Below the pieces are notes generated by a model that saw nothing but the letters and a program-made list of their open reading frames with translations, searched no databases and was not told the DNA's origin. Positions 46,791-58,750 of a DNA stretch of 64,000 nucleotides are shown in pieces; within the stretch, counting starts at the first letter, position 1, and every line of letters starts with the position of its first letter. This DNA is from Mobula hypostoma (Eukaryota), in the NCBI RefSeq assembly GCF_963921235.1, contig NC_086109.1, forward strand, positions 5,954,001-6,018,000, given 5' to 3'. The translations under genes were made by a program, and so were the position numbers.

Positions 46791-48431
46791 TCCGAACATC
46801 CCAAAAATGTCTTCCTTATCTCCACGTGTAAATGCATCATGGAGAATTCAGAGAAGGCTTATTGGGATGAGAGCTGGGTTAGGGTTAGGCTTGTACCTTG
46901 TGGGCTTTAGGAGACTGAAGAGGGATTTGATTGAAACATGTGACATGCCAAGGGCTTAGACTGGGCGGATGTGGGCAGGAAGTTTCCTTCTGCTGGAGAA
47001 TATAGAACAAGGGGTCACAGTTTAAAAATAAGCGATCAGCTATTCAAGGAACTGAAGAGGTAAAAGTTTTTTTTCTCTCTGAGTCTTTGGCACTCTCTCT
47101 CTCTCACACACACACAGAGTTCAAAGTATATTTATTATCAAAGTACATATATACTACCCTGAGATTCATCTTCTTGCCGGCATTCACAGTAAGTACAAAG
47201 AAACACAATGGAATCGATGAGAAACCTCACACGACAAAGACGGACAAACTGTGCAATACAAAAGTAAATAATAACAAATAAACAAATATTGAGTTGTACT
47301 GAACTTGAAAGAGGGTCCCTAGTTTGTGGAATCTGCAGGGCGGTGGAAGCAGTCTTTGATTTTTTAAGGTTGAAGTTATTAGGTCCTTGATAACAAGGGG
47401 ATGAAAGGTTACAGTGGGGAGGAAGTGGTGAAAGGTCCAGTCAGCGTTTCGTTAACTGGTTTCAGAGGGGGGAGTTGGCCTGCGCCCATCTCTGAGAGGG
47501 TGTGCATATGCACCCACCTCCCCCACCCCCACCACCCACATTGGCTTGTGGTTTCTTTATTTAAAAGCTGCCTCAGGAATTAAAGTGCTGTTGCTTTGCC
47601 CTCACAGCCCAGACCACGAGGGAACTGGCCAGCACAGTCGGAACACAGGCAGCCACTAAAGAGTTAAATGTTGGTTTAAAATGGGTTTGTTAATGATGAG
47701 CTCATCGCAATATCAAGCTCTTTCCATGGACTGGAGTCTTGTTAAATGAAACTCTCAAAGGCAGCCAACAGCAAATATTGTTGGTGCTTATGTAATCTCT
47801 TCCTTCCTGTAAGATGCAGCTATTTAAGGAGGTGTTTGTCATTCCACATTGTGGCGGAGAGAGAGAAGGAGACAGGCAGAGGGACAGACAGAGAGAGGGG
47901 AAGAGAGCTAAAGAGTGAAAAGGAAGGAAAAGAAAGTGAGAAAAGGTCCTGAGATGGGTCAATGGGCGGAGGTGTTGATCAGTCTAACAACTTGGGGGAA
48001 GTAACTTTCTGGTGGTCCTGGTGTGGATGCTACGTCACCCCTTCCCCCATGGGAGTGAGACAACCCCACCGCTGCAAGCAGAGGTAAAGATCAAATCACA
48101 GCCCATGGCCACAAGCCCAACAAGGTGCCAATCAGCCTTCATCCCACGTGCCTCTTGACAGTTCAAGCTTGAGCTCGCAGGGCTGTTCCCTCGCTGGACG
48201 GCCAAACAGGTACCCATTTCCACAAACTGCTTCAAATGCCCGGGGTGGAAAGAGGCTGCAGAGGGCTGTAAACTCTGCCAGTTCCAACACGGACACAACC
48301 CTCCCCACCATCTTCAAACGGTGATGCCTGAAGGAATGGAGACATCCATCATGAAGGACACTCACTATCACAAGACACGGCCACGTGGCCATAGAGTCAT
48401 AGTCAAAGAAAAGTACAGCACAGAAACATAT

Positions 48432-48683
48432 GGCCTACAATTGTTGTGTCATCAGCAAACTTATATATTGAGTTTGATGGAAACTTGGCTACGCAATCAT
48501 GGGTGTACAGTGAGTACAGCAGGGGGCTGAGTACACAGCCTTGTGGGGCACCGGTGCTCGGAGTGATTGTAGAGGAGAGCTTGTCCCCTATTTTTACAGC
48601 CTGGGTCCTGTCTGTGAGGAAGTTGAAGATCCAGCTGCAGATCTGAGTGCTAAGGCCCAGGTTCCGGAGCTTAGGAATCAGTT
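48432..48683 (-). mobile_element. Internal Rex RT fragment nearly identical to 12552-12803, abutting a CR1 tail (48390-48429)
   Basis: Manual alignment gives 7 mismatches over 253 bp (48431-48683). Includes [17 protein letters not shown] and FADD. Confidence 0.9.
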
Positions 48684-49896
48684 ACAACACTTTAGTCTGT
48701 ATTGTTAGAATCAGATTTAATGTTACCGCTGTATGTCATGAAATTTATTATGTGACAGCACATAATAATACATACTAGAAACTGGAAATTACAGAAAGTA
48801 TACATATAGTTTTTTTAAGTTAAATAATTAGTGCTAAAAGGAAAAACAAGAGTGAGGTAGTGTTCATGGGTTCAATGACTATTCGGAAATCTGATGGCAG
48901 AGGGGAAAAAGCTGTTCCTGAATTGTTATTGCTTTCACCTTGAACTAGCTCAATACACTGTGCAATGATTTGAACTGTATAAACAAGATCTTCACTGTAT
49001 CCCGGTGCTTGTGACAATAATAAACCAATTGCAATATATTACTGATTTAAAGTGTTTCAGTGTAACTGGGTCTAATGGAGCTAACTTCCTGGTCTACTGG
49101 TGAGTCAATTGCCTCATGAATCAACCCAACAGCAGGATTGATGGAGCCAAGATCTCGATGAGCCTCCTTTGTGGGTTTGTGCCAACCAGCAATTTGTGGG
49201 AGTCCGAGAGTACTGTGACAAATGGAGAAATGATTTTATCCAGAGACTAGCACTGACAGACCTCAGAATATGTCTTGCTCTGACTAACCGACGCAGGAAC
49301 AGACTCTTGCCACACTGGAACCAAGGCGAGTCGAGGTCGAGCCCAAGCCAAGGTGGACACCCACCCCTGGTGACATCATTGGCTTTACCCCTACAAATGT
49401 CAGGCTTCTGAACAAGCATGGATAACTCCACTCACATCTACTCTGGATGTGTCGAGTGATCAGGTCAATGGACTCTCTTTCAAGGCCACTGTAACCCATG
49501 TTCTCAGTATTATTTATTGACTTTTTCTATTTGCATGGTTTGTCATCTGGTACGTATAGGATGTTGTCAGTCTTTGTGTGCAGTTTCTCATCAATTCTCT
49601 TATTTTTTTTTCGTTCTACTATGAATGCCTACAAAAATAAATCTCAAAGTTGTACATCGTGACATATATATATTTTGATAATGAATTTACTTTGAACATT
49701 GAAGTGATGGATGCAACCCAGCCCATCACAGGCAAAGCTCTCTCCACCTTTGAACGCGTCTGCAAGGAGCATCGTCACAAGGAAGCAGCCACAATCAAAG
49801 ACCCTCACTATGCACACTCACACCTCCCCTGAGTGAAGGGGTTCCAGCTGCGCTGGACTGTCTGCTTGGCCCAAAAGGCTGCCTAAAGCACGAGGC

Positions 49897-50130
49897 AAGA
49901 CCATAAGATGTGCGAGCAGAATTAGGCCATTCGGCCCATCAAGTCTGCTCCAGCATTCCATCGCGGCTGATCTATCATCCCTCTCAACCCCATTCTCCTG
50001 CCTTCTCCCCGTAACCCTTGATGTCCTGACTAATCAGGAACCTATCAACCTCGGCTTTAAATAAACCCGACTTGGCCTCCATAGACGGCTGTGGCAAAGA
50101 ATTCCACAGGTTCGCCATGTTCTGGCTGAA
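49897..50130 (-). mobile_element. CR1 3' end fragment
   Basis: aagaccataaga tail and ggccattcggccc 3' motif; matches 21627-21860. Confidence 0.8.
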
Positions 50131-50407
50131 GGGCAAGTGGGTCCCTTCTGAAGTAGATCCATTTCAGATTGTGGCCCGGGTGAAGAATTGGCTGGGGGGA
50201 CTGCACGATACACACAAGTGATTTGGTTTACTCTTAGAGAATGATTCTAAGTACAAAGAGCCACCTCAGGCTGCGGTGAGGTTTGGGAACATTCCTTGTG
50301 TTAACGGTGATCCATCGTGACCAGCGGTGCCCCCAGTCAGCAGCACAGGGTGGTTCAGAACCCTTCAAGAGCAGTCAGGCTCCTAAACAAAAAGGGACAA
50401 CTACACA

Positions 50408-51739
50408 AACAACAGGAATTCTGCAGATGCTGGAAATTCAAGCAACATACATCAAAGTTGCTGGTGAACGCAGCAGGCCAAGCAGCATCTATAGGAAGAG
50501 GCGCAGTCGACGTTTCAGGCCGAGACCCTTCGTCAGGACTAACTGAAGGAAGAGTGAGTAAGGGATTTGAAAGTTGGAGGGGGAGGGGGAGATGCAAAAT
50601 GATAGGAGAAGACAGGAGGGGGAGGGATAGAGCCGAGAGCTGGACAGGTGATAGGCAAAAGGGGATACGAGAGGATCATGGGACAGGAGGCCTAGGGAGA
50701 AAGACGGGGGGGGGGTGACCCAGAGGATGGGCAAGAGGTATATTTAGAGGGACAGAGGGAGAAAAAGGAGAGTGAGAGAAAGAATGTGTGCATAAAAATG
50801 AGTAACAGCTGGGGTACGAGGGGGAGGTGGGGCCTAGCGGAAGTTAGAGAAGTCAATGTTCATGCCATCAGGTTGGAGGCTACCCAGACGGAATATAAGG
50901 TGTTGTTCCTCCAACCTGAGTGTGGCTTCATCTTTACAGTAGAGGAGGCCGTGGATAGACATGTCAGAATGGGAATGGGATGTGGAATTAAAATGTGTGG
51001 CCACTGGGAGATCCTGCTTTCTCTGGCGGACAGAGCGTAGATGTTCAGCAAAGCGGTCTCCCAGTCTGCGTCGGGTCTCACCAATATATAAAAGGCCACA
51101 TCGGGAGCACCGGACGCAGTATATCACCCCAGTCGACTCACAGGTGAAGTGATGCCTCACCTGGAAGGGCTGTTTGGGGCCCTGAATGGTGGTAAGGGAG
51201 GAAGTGTAAGGGCATGTGTAGCACTTGTTCCGCTTACACGGATAAGTGCCAGGAGGGAGATCAGTGGGGAGGAATGGGGGGGACGAATGGACACGGGAGT
51301 TGTGTAGGGAGCGATCCCTGCGGAATGCAGAGAGAGGGGGGGAGGGAAAGATGTGCTTAGTGGTGGGATCCCATTGGAGGTGGCGGAAGTTACGGAGAAT
51401 AATATGTTGGACCCGGAGGCTGGTGGGGTGGTAGGTGAGGACCAGGGGAACCCTATTCCTAGTGGGGTGGTGGGAGGATGGAGTGAGAGCAGATGTACGT
51501 GAAATGGAGGAGATGCGTTTAAGAGCAGAGTTGATAGTGGAGGAAGGGAAGCCCCTTTCTTTAAAAAATGAAGACATCTCCCTCGTCCTAGAATGAAAAG
51601 CCTCATCCTGAGAGCAGATGCGGCGGAGACGGAGGAATTGCGAGAAGGGGATGGCGTTTTTGCAAGAGACAGGGTGAGAAGAGGAATAGTCCAGATAGCT
51701 GTGAGAGTCAGTAGGCTTATAGTAGATATCAGTGGATAA
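50408..51739 (-). mobile_element. 5'-truncated Penelope-like element with complete 3' pLTR
   Basis: Near-identical to 14925-16213. Flanking ggacaactacaca (50395-50407) and ggataactacaca (51734-51746). Hammerhead motif at 50504-50541. Confidence 0.95.
50834..51739 (-). pseudogene. Penelope ORF C-terminal part (thumb, linker, GIY-YIG endonuclease); open frame, 5'-truncated
   Basis: The 247-aa ORF has F.ERGFP, PLVLTYHP, C..NKC.TC, FTCESTGVIYCVRCSRCGLLYIGET..RF.EH and LQPDGMN. Confidence 0.92.
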
Positions 51740-52904
51740 CTACACACTCACTTGTCCATCCATTGAGACGTTCACACAACCAAAAATCTCACTTTAAGGA
51801 CCCTTTACCTCATTATCACATGTTCTTGTTATTTATTGCTATTTACTGATATTGGCATCTGCACTCTGGTTGATCTTTCATTGATCCTGTTATCATTACT
51901 ATTCTATCGATTTGCTGAGTATGCCCGCAGGAAAATGAATCTCAGGGTTGTATACGGTGACAGATAGGCACTTTAATTTACTTCGAACCTTGAACCTTCC
52001 GTTTTAATACAACTGGAGTTCAGAATTCCTCCACCTCGACTCATGGCAGACAGTTTATGGGCAGAGGTTTGTAATGTCTCATTGATGATCTTTCTACAAG
52101 TCTGACCCTCTCTTCTCCAGCCCTCCCCCCAACAGCCTCAACCTGCAAAGACTTTCCTTTCGTTTCTTCATTATTGGGAAGTTTTTGACTACTGTCTGCT
52201 CCAATATACATGTGGCAATTAACGCTAATCTATTTTTTCCAAATGACACATCTGCACAGCTGTTCCACAAGGCCCTGCCATTTGTATGAAAATTCCCAAG
52301 GCCCCACTAACAGAAAAACAAAGCGCCTCACTCTCCTATCTTAATGAGGCAATTAGTCAGTCTCTGTTGTACCAGAAATCTAATTAAACGGAAATAAAAG
52401 TAAAATTAACACAAGGGACAAACACTGCATTACCAATAAGGTTAGTAGCCGTATGAAGGCCTGGATCACAATGCCAGCTCTCTGTGTGTCTCAGGAAGTA
52501 ACTCTGAGCTTCGCAGTGTGGAAGTACTCCAGCGAGCAGATGGCTGGGCAAACAGTGCCTTTGTAACAGGAGCAGCAATGGGAAATGAGTCAGCAAACGC
52601 ACGCAATCTCAGGTGAAAGGTTTGTGCATCCGGCACCAGCTGCGGGAGGTGGAGGGGACCAGGGGATGGGTGGAGAACTCCGGGCTTACTGGCGGGGCTA
52701 GAAAGTTGGAGGAGAGAGCCACCGAGAGGATGAGGAGCTTTAAATCGGAGTGAAGTTACCAACAGGGGCCAGCGGAGGTCAGTGACAAGTAGCAGGCCCT
52801 TGCAGGCTCGATGGGCCAAGTGGCCAAATTCTACTTCATGGCACTGGGAGCACTGCAACACTTGTACAATAAAGATTAAAGATTAGCTTTATCTGGCATA
52901 TATT

Positions 52905-53420
52905 TATTTATTGAGATACAGTGTGGCACCCAGTCATCCTGCAATTTAATCCTAGCCTAATCGCGGCACAATTTACCCACCAACTGGTACATCTTTGATC
53001 TGTGGGTGGAAACCCGCACGGTCACGGGGAGAACATACACGCTCCTTACAGGCAGTGGCAGGAATTGAACCTGGCTCGCTTACGAGTACTGTAAAGTGCT
53101 TTGCTAACCACTACGCTATCGTACCGCTGTAAACACGTACAGCGAAACATCAAAATGTACAGTGAAATGTGTCGCTTGCTTCGACAACCGATACAGCCAG
53201 AGGATGTGCTGGAGGGACAAAGGGAACCTGCAAGTGTTGCTGCACTTTCAGCACCCACATAGCAACCTTCAATTTACTAACCCGGATGTCTTTGGCACGT
53301 GGGAGGAAACCAGAGCACCCAGGGGAAATCCATACAGACACGTGAGAATGTATAAATTTCTTTAAGATTGTGGTGGGAATTGAACCCTGAACCGTAAAGC
53401 ACTACGCTACCATACTGCCC
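52905..53420 (-). mobile_element. Two adjacent HE1-like V-SINE copies
   Basis: tRNA-like heads (gtagcgtagt.., ggttcaattcc) with V cores at ~52905-53125 and ~53130-53420. Confidence 0.7.
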
Positions 53421-53487
53421 CACTCTCGGTCTACATCATCGCAGCCCTTACACTTCTTTTCTCTATCTGCACTTCACTGTCTCCGTA

Positions 53488-53780
53488 TTTATATATAAGC
53501 ATCCGTTAGTCTCGTGAGACCATGGATTTGCGCCTTGGAAGGTTTCCAGGGCACAGGCCTGGGCAAGGTTGTATGGGAGACCGGCAGTTGCCCATGCTGC
53601 AAGTCTCCCCTCTCCACACCACCAAGGGAAGGGCATTAGGACCCATACAGCTTGGCACCGGTGTCGTCGCAGAGCAATGTGTGGTTAAGTGCCTTGCTCA
53701 AGGACACAACACATTGCCTCAGTTGGGGCTTGAACTAACGATCTGCAGATCACTAGACGAACGCCTTAACCACTTGGCAC
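53488..53780 (-). mobile_element. tRNA-headed SINE with CORE-like middle and RTE-type 3' tail
   Basis: Minus strand: gccaagtggttaaggcg (A box), gttcaagccc (B box), gtgtccttgagcaaggcacttaacc (CORE-like), ggcgcaaatccatggtctcacgagactaacggatgc (RTE-like terminus). Confidence 0.75.
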
Positions 53781-53804
53781 TAACTGTAACACTATATTGA
53801 GCAT

Positions 53805-54115
53805 TCTATCTACCCTTTCCTCCTGGAGGGCCACAACCTTGTTGTAGGGTTTGGAGGCTTGCGTGCTTCAATGAACCAGAGGGCTATGTTGGCTGGAGTC
53901 AGGGCTTTGTGCTTTGGCTCTTGGTAGGGACACCCAGGCCAAACAGGTCAAAGGGCAGAGTCCAGACCAAAAGAGTGGCTCCACCAGTCCTCTGGGTTCC
54001 AGGGTTCAGCTCAGGGCTAACAACCCCGACTGGACAAACAAAACGGTTACAGAAACAGCAATGATGAATCCTTCCACATCTGAGTGCGACGGTATTCCTG
54101 AGTCTCCACCCAGAA
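53805..54115 (+). mobile_element. RTE (Expander/Rex3-like) 5'UTR fragment
   Basis: ccttgttgt..ggcttgcgtgcttcaatgaacc..gctatg..ggtaggg..caaacaggtc..gggctaacaacccc motifs typical of RTE 5' ends. Confidence 0.6.
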
Positions 54116-54117
54116 CT

Positions 54118-54395
54118 TCATTATTTATTTCCATGCAATGTGCAGTAGGCCCTTCCAGGCCCTCGAGCCACGTCACCCAGCAATTCCCTCGATTTAACCT
54201 GATCCTAATCACAGGACAAGTTACATCGACCAATTAACCTGCAAACCGGTGCGTCTTTGGACAGTGGGAGGAAACCGGGGCACCCGGAGGAAACCCACGC
54301 GGTCACAGGGAGAACATACAAATTCCTTACAGACAGTGACAAGAACTGAACCCACGTCAACAGTACTGTAAGGCTCTGTGCTACGGTACCACCTA
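54118..54395 (-). mobile_element. HE1-like V-SINE
   Basis: tRNA-like head, V core and AATAAAT tail. Confidence 0.8.
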
Positions 54396-54861
54396 GTATA
54401 ACTGACAGTGGTGAAAACTGAGAGGAAGCTACTGACACGAGGAAGGAAGCCCTGAACACCACCAGAGATGGAGGACCGTCATTGCTGCCCTAAAGGCCAG
54501 TGGTGTAACAGACAACTTAATTATCTACCCTTGGGACCAAACCGAAGGACTTCGTATGGATGATATATAGACAAAACTTTTCACCATATCGCAGTACATG
54601 TGGCAAAAATAATTCACATACCCTCAGCATTTTGCATTGGAACTCTTTCGACCACAGATTGAGAGAGTGGCCCAGCAGTACAGTTGTACATGACAGAGAC
54701 ATCATGTCAAACAACACAGAAACAGGCCCTTCAGCCCACCAGTTGGTTCTGACCATCATTTACACTAATCCCACACTAATCTATTTTCCCCCATGTTCCC
54801 ACCATCTCTCCCCCTAGGGTAGAGGTGAATGGGAATTTACTGCAATTTATTAGCTTACCAG

Positions 54862-55390
54862 CCATTGACTGTGTTCAGTTCTGGTCACCTCATTGCAGGA
54901 AGATATGTGGAAGCTTTCAAGAGGGTGCAGAGGAGATTTACCAGGCTACACTCACAACACGCTGGAGGAACTCAGCAGGTCAGGCAGCATCTGTGGAAAA
55001 GATCGGTCGACATTTCGGGCCGGAACCCTTCGTCAGGACAAAGGGTTCCGGCCCGAAACGTCGACAAATCTTTTCCACGGATCCTGCCCGACCTGCTGAG
55101 TTCCTCCAGCGTGTTGTGAGTGTTGCTTTGACCCCAGAGTTTAAGATTTACCAGGCTGCTGCCTGGATTAGAAACTTACAAGATGATTAGAGGCATAGGT
55201 CGACTGGTCAGCCAGAGACTTCTTTCAGGGCGGAAATGGCAAATACCATTTGAGGGGGCATAATTCTAAGGTGATTGAAGGAAAGTACAAAAGGTAGTGT
55301 GTTTTTTTTTACACACAGAGAGTAATGGGGGCTTGGAACACACTGCTAGGGGTAGCGGTAGAGACAGCTACATTAGGGATAGTTCAGACA
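54862..55390 (+). mobile_element. Degraded CR1 fragment hosting a fold-back pLTR
   Basis: CVQFWSPHCRK..RVQRRFTRL | LPGLE rejoins across the insertion. Confidence 0.8.
54948..55143. mobile_element. Fold-back Penelope pLTR mini-element (second subfamily)
   Basis: ~85-bp inverted arms with the apex at ~55035. 14-bp TSD AGATTTACCAGGCT (54934-54947, 55144-55157). Confidence 0.92.
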
Positions 55391-55889
55391 CATGGTTTTA
55401 AAAAGCTTTGACCAAATGGATCACTTTACATGAGGGTGGGCTTTGTATTTCTCGATCTGACTGCGTTGTTTCTTTTAAAGTTTGTCTGTAATTGACGTGC
55501 AAGTTATCATTTCTCTGTGAACGGTGTTTATATGACGCTCTGTGCCTGTGATGCCGTCACATGCAAGTTTCTCATCGTACCTGTGCATACGTGTACCTGT
55601 GCAAGTGACAATAAACTCAAGTTCGACAACATCACAAGGAATATCGGTTGGTCCAACTGGGGACAAGCTGGTTAATTAATTAGATTTAATCAATCAGGTG
55701 GGTTTCACCTGCAACAGAGCAAATATTCTCAGCGGATGCCTCACAGCCAGGACCGCGTCAGCAGGCAGTCAAACCAGAACGACATCAAGGCAAAAAACAT
55801 TCAGAATCCTTCCCAGTGGAGTTAAAATTGGAACATGGAGCATTCAGTGAGCAGGCCTGGTAGGACTTTGTCAAACTTGGATCCAATAG

Positions 55890-56590
55890 TCAAAGAGCAG
55901 GGCAATATAGAAACCAGGAACCCTGGCCCACCCAGCCCATGCCAAACCGACCTTCTGCCTGGCTCCATCTACCTGCACCTGGACCCTATCCCCCCAAGCT
56001 CCCCAGCAATCCTCTGTGTACATGGAACAGTACAGTACAATTAAAGCCATTCAACCCACAATATACCAACCTTCAAACCTACTCAAAGATCAATCTAACC
56101 CGTCCCTCCCAGTTTTCTTTCAGCCAGGTGCCCATCTAGGAATCTCTTTAAGCTCCCCAATGTACCTGCGTCTACTGCCACCCCCAGAAGCATATTCCAT
56201 GCCATTCTCTATGCAAATAAACCTACCTTTAACATCCCCCCTATACTTTCCTCCAATCACCTTAAAATTATGTCCTCTTGTATTAGGCACTGCCACCCTG
56301 GGGGGGGGGGGGGTTGAAAAAGGCACTGGCTGTTCACTCTACTTCATCACCTTACACACCTCTATTAAGTCACCTCTCATCCTTCCCTCCAAAGAGAAAA
56401 AAAATCTTAGTGCTCTCAACCTGTTCTTATAAGATATGCTCTCTAATGCAGGCAGCATCATGGTAAATCTCCTCTGTATCCTCTCTAAAACTTTCCATAT
56501 CTTTCCTATGAGGTGACCCAAACTGAACACGATACTCCAAGTGTGGTCTAACCGGAGTTTTATAGAGCTGCAATATTACCTCACCGCTCC
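55890..56590 (-). mobile_element. Degraded CR1 3' fragments
   Basis: LQLYKTPVRPHLEY, LERIQRRFTMMLP..RMRGDLIEV and NTRGHNFKVIGG. Confidence 0.8.
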
Positions 56591-56889
56591 AGATATAATG
56601 GATAGGAGTACCTGTCAAAGTATCTCTTAAACATCAAGTCATGTTCCCTGCTCGCTGTTGCCATCAGGAAGATGATACAGGAGCCTCAGGACTCACACCA
56701 CCAGGTTCTGGAACAGTTACTACCCCTCAACCATCAGGCTCTTGAACCAAAGGGGATAACTCCACTTGCCCCATCAAAATGTCCCACCACCTATGGACTC
56801 TTCGTCTCATTGCTTATTTATTAATCAAACTTATTTATTTTTGTATTTGCAGTTTGTCGTCTTTTGCACAAGTTTATTTATGGCCACAC

Positions 56890-57125
56890 TTATTTATTTA
56901 TTTGGGATACAGCGAGGAAGAGGCCCAGCCATCCGCGATTTATTTCTAGCCCAATCACAGGCACTTTACAATGACCAATTAACCTACCAACTGGCAGGTC
57001 TTTGGACTGTGGGAGGAAACCCATGTGGTCACAGGGAGAATATAAAAACTTCTTACAGACAGTGACGGGAATTGACCCTGGGTTGCTGGCATTGGAAACC
57101 ACTGTGCTAACCACTACACTACTGT
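56890..57125 (-). mobile_element. HE1-like V-SINE inserted in a Rex-like 3'UTR
   Basis: tagtgtagtggttagc (A box), gggtcaattccc (B-box-like) and V core. Confidence 0.75.
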
Positions 57126-58049
57126 GTTGGTGCGGTCTTTCATTGATTCTATTATGGTTATTATTCTATTATGGATTTATTGAGTATGCCTGCAAGAAAA
57201 TGGACCTCCGGGTTTTATATAGTAACATTTATGTACTTTGATAATAAACTTACTTTGAATTTTTGAAGTTAGAACATTCTCCACTTCCAATGGCAGCTTG
57301 TTCCACTCTCTCAGTACCCTCTGAGTGAAGAAGCTCCCCCTCAGATTCCCTTTGAATATTTCACCTTTCACCCTGAACTTACAACCTCAAGTTCTAGTCT
57401 CACCCACTCTGAGGGCATCTCCAGTACTGCCACATTGATGTGTCAAACCCCTACACCCATCCAATAACACAGTGAGTAAAATCTCCCAGCTTCACCCCAC
57501 CTTCAGCTGCATGACAGATGTTTACATCTCCAGCACTACTCTCTGCGTCACTCACACCCCAGATGCTGCTCTCAAACCCACGCACGCCAAGAGCTGCTCA
57601 ATGAAACACATCTCAGTGACCTCAAGTCATCACAACCATTCCCACACACTTAATAAAACTCTGACCTGTGTGTCAGAGCTGGCTAAAGGCTCAGAAATCG
57701 CCCCAAAATAGAACGGCTTGTGGTTTCATTAAATGAAAGGACATACAGTATCACTAACAGCTCGTGGAAGTAATTAGTTTGTTTATTCATGAGAAAGTGA
57801 AACAGTTCTACATCTGATATGTAATTGGAGTGGGAAAGAATTTGCACAATTAAAACCCAAGTTACCCCAATGAGGTTTTAAAATAAGTTCACTTATTATT
57901 CTCAATAGTTTTACCAACAAGTTCCAGTGAAATCCTGACCTAGACTATAGTTATAGTCCAGCCCATCACGATTAAAGGACTCCTAGCTGTTGAGAACATC
58001 TATATGAAACAGTTGCAGGGAAGCTGAATCTATCATCAGGGACCCCCAC

Positions 58050-58750
58050 TGTAAACGTAACTTTGCTAGATCAAATAACAACAGCACAAAAAGATCGTTA
58101 CTTATTTTTCCACCCGTTTATTTCTTCGAGCTCAGCCGGCGAGTGAACTTGGACCTGACATCAGGGAGAGAACCTTTCTCATCTCTTCGGCGGTTCTACA
58201 AGTCCACTGCCCGACGTCAGAATTGTCAGAAGTTATAAGGCCACCGATACAAAAGAACAATCAGTTTGATAACCATTCCGGTCAAGTCAATGGACTATTG
58301 ATACAGAGAACAATCAGTTTGATAACTATTCCGGCCAAATCAATGGACTGTTGATACAGAGAACAATCAGTTTGATAACTATTCCGGCCAAGTCAATGGA
58401 CTGTTGATACAAAAGTATAATCAATTTGTTAGACACTCCAGCCACCTTATTTAAAGAAAGGAATGTCCTACCTGGTTTGCTGGAGCCACAACTTAATTAC
58501 AAAGATAAGAACATCTGTCATTAATTAAGAAAGGAATGTTCTGTCTAATTTCCACATCAGGTACTGCTTTTTGTCAAAATCAAAAGGTGTGAAAAGCCCA
58601 GAGACATCTGATGTGGATCTGGACAAACTTTAATTATCTTGCTCCAAAGAAGGCAGCTGTGAGACATTATTCAAACACACTGCAGTCACAGACATAGTCA
58701 GTACTGAATCCATTGTTTACAGGGATCCCCCATTCCCTTAAACTTTATCA
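58050..58750 (-). mobile_element. Solo LTR (701 bp, ERV-like or Gypsy) with 53-bp internal tandem repeats
   Basis: TG...CA termini and 4-bp TSD CCAC (58046-58049, 58751-58754). Minus-strand TATA-like box (~58232) and AATAAA (~58120). Host Rex-like sequence rejoins as gggacccccac | catccaggacatgc. Confidence 0.9.

Noticed and set aside
58246..58430. Regularly spaced repeats resembling a CRISPR array
   Set aside because: The units are contiguous tandem copies with no unique spacers, inside a solo LTR in vertebrate DNA, and there are no cas genes.
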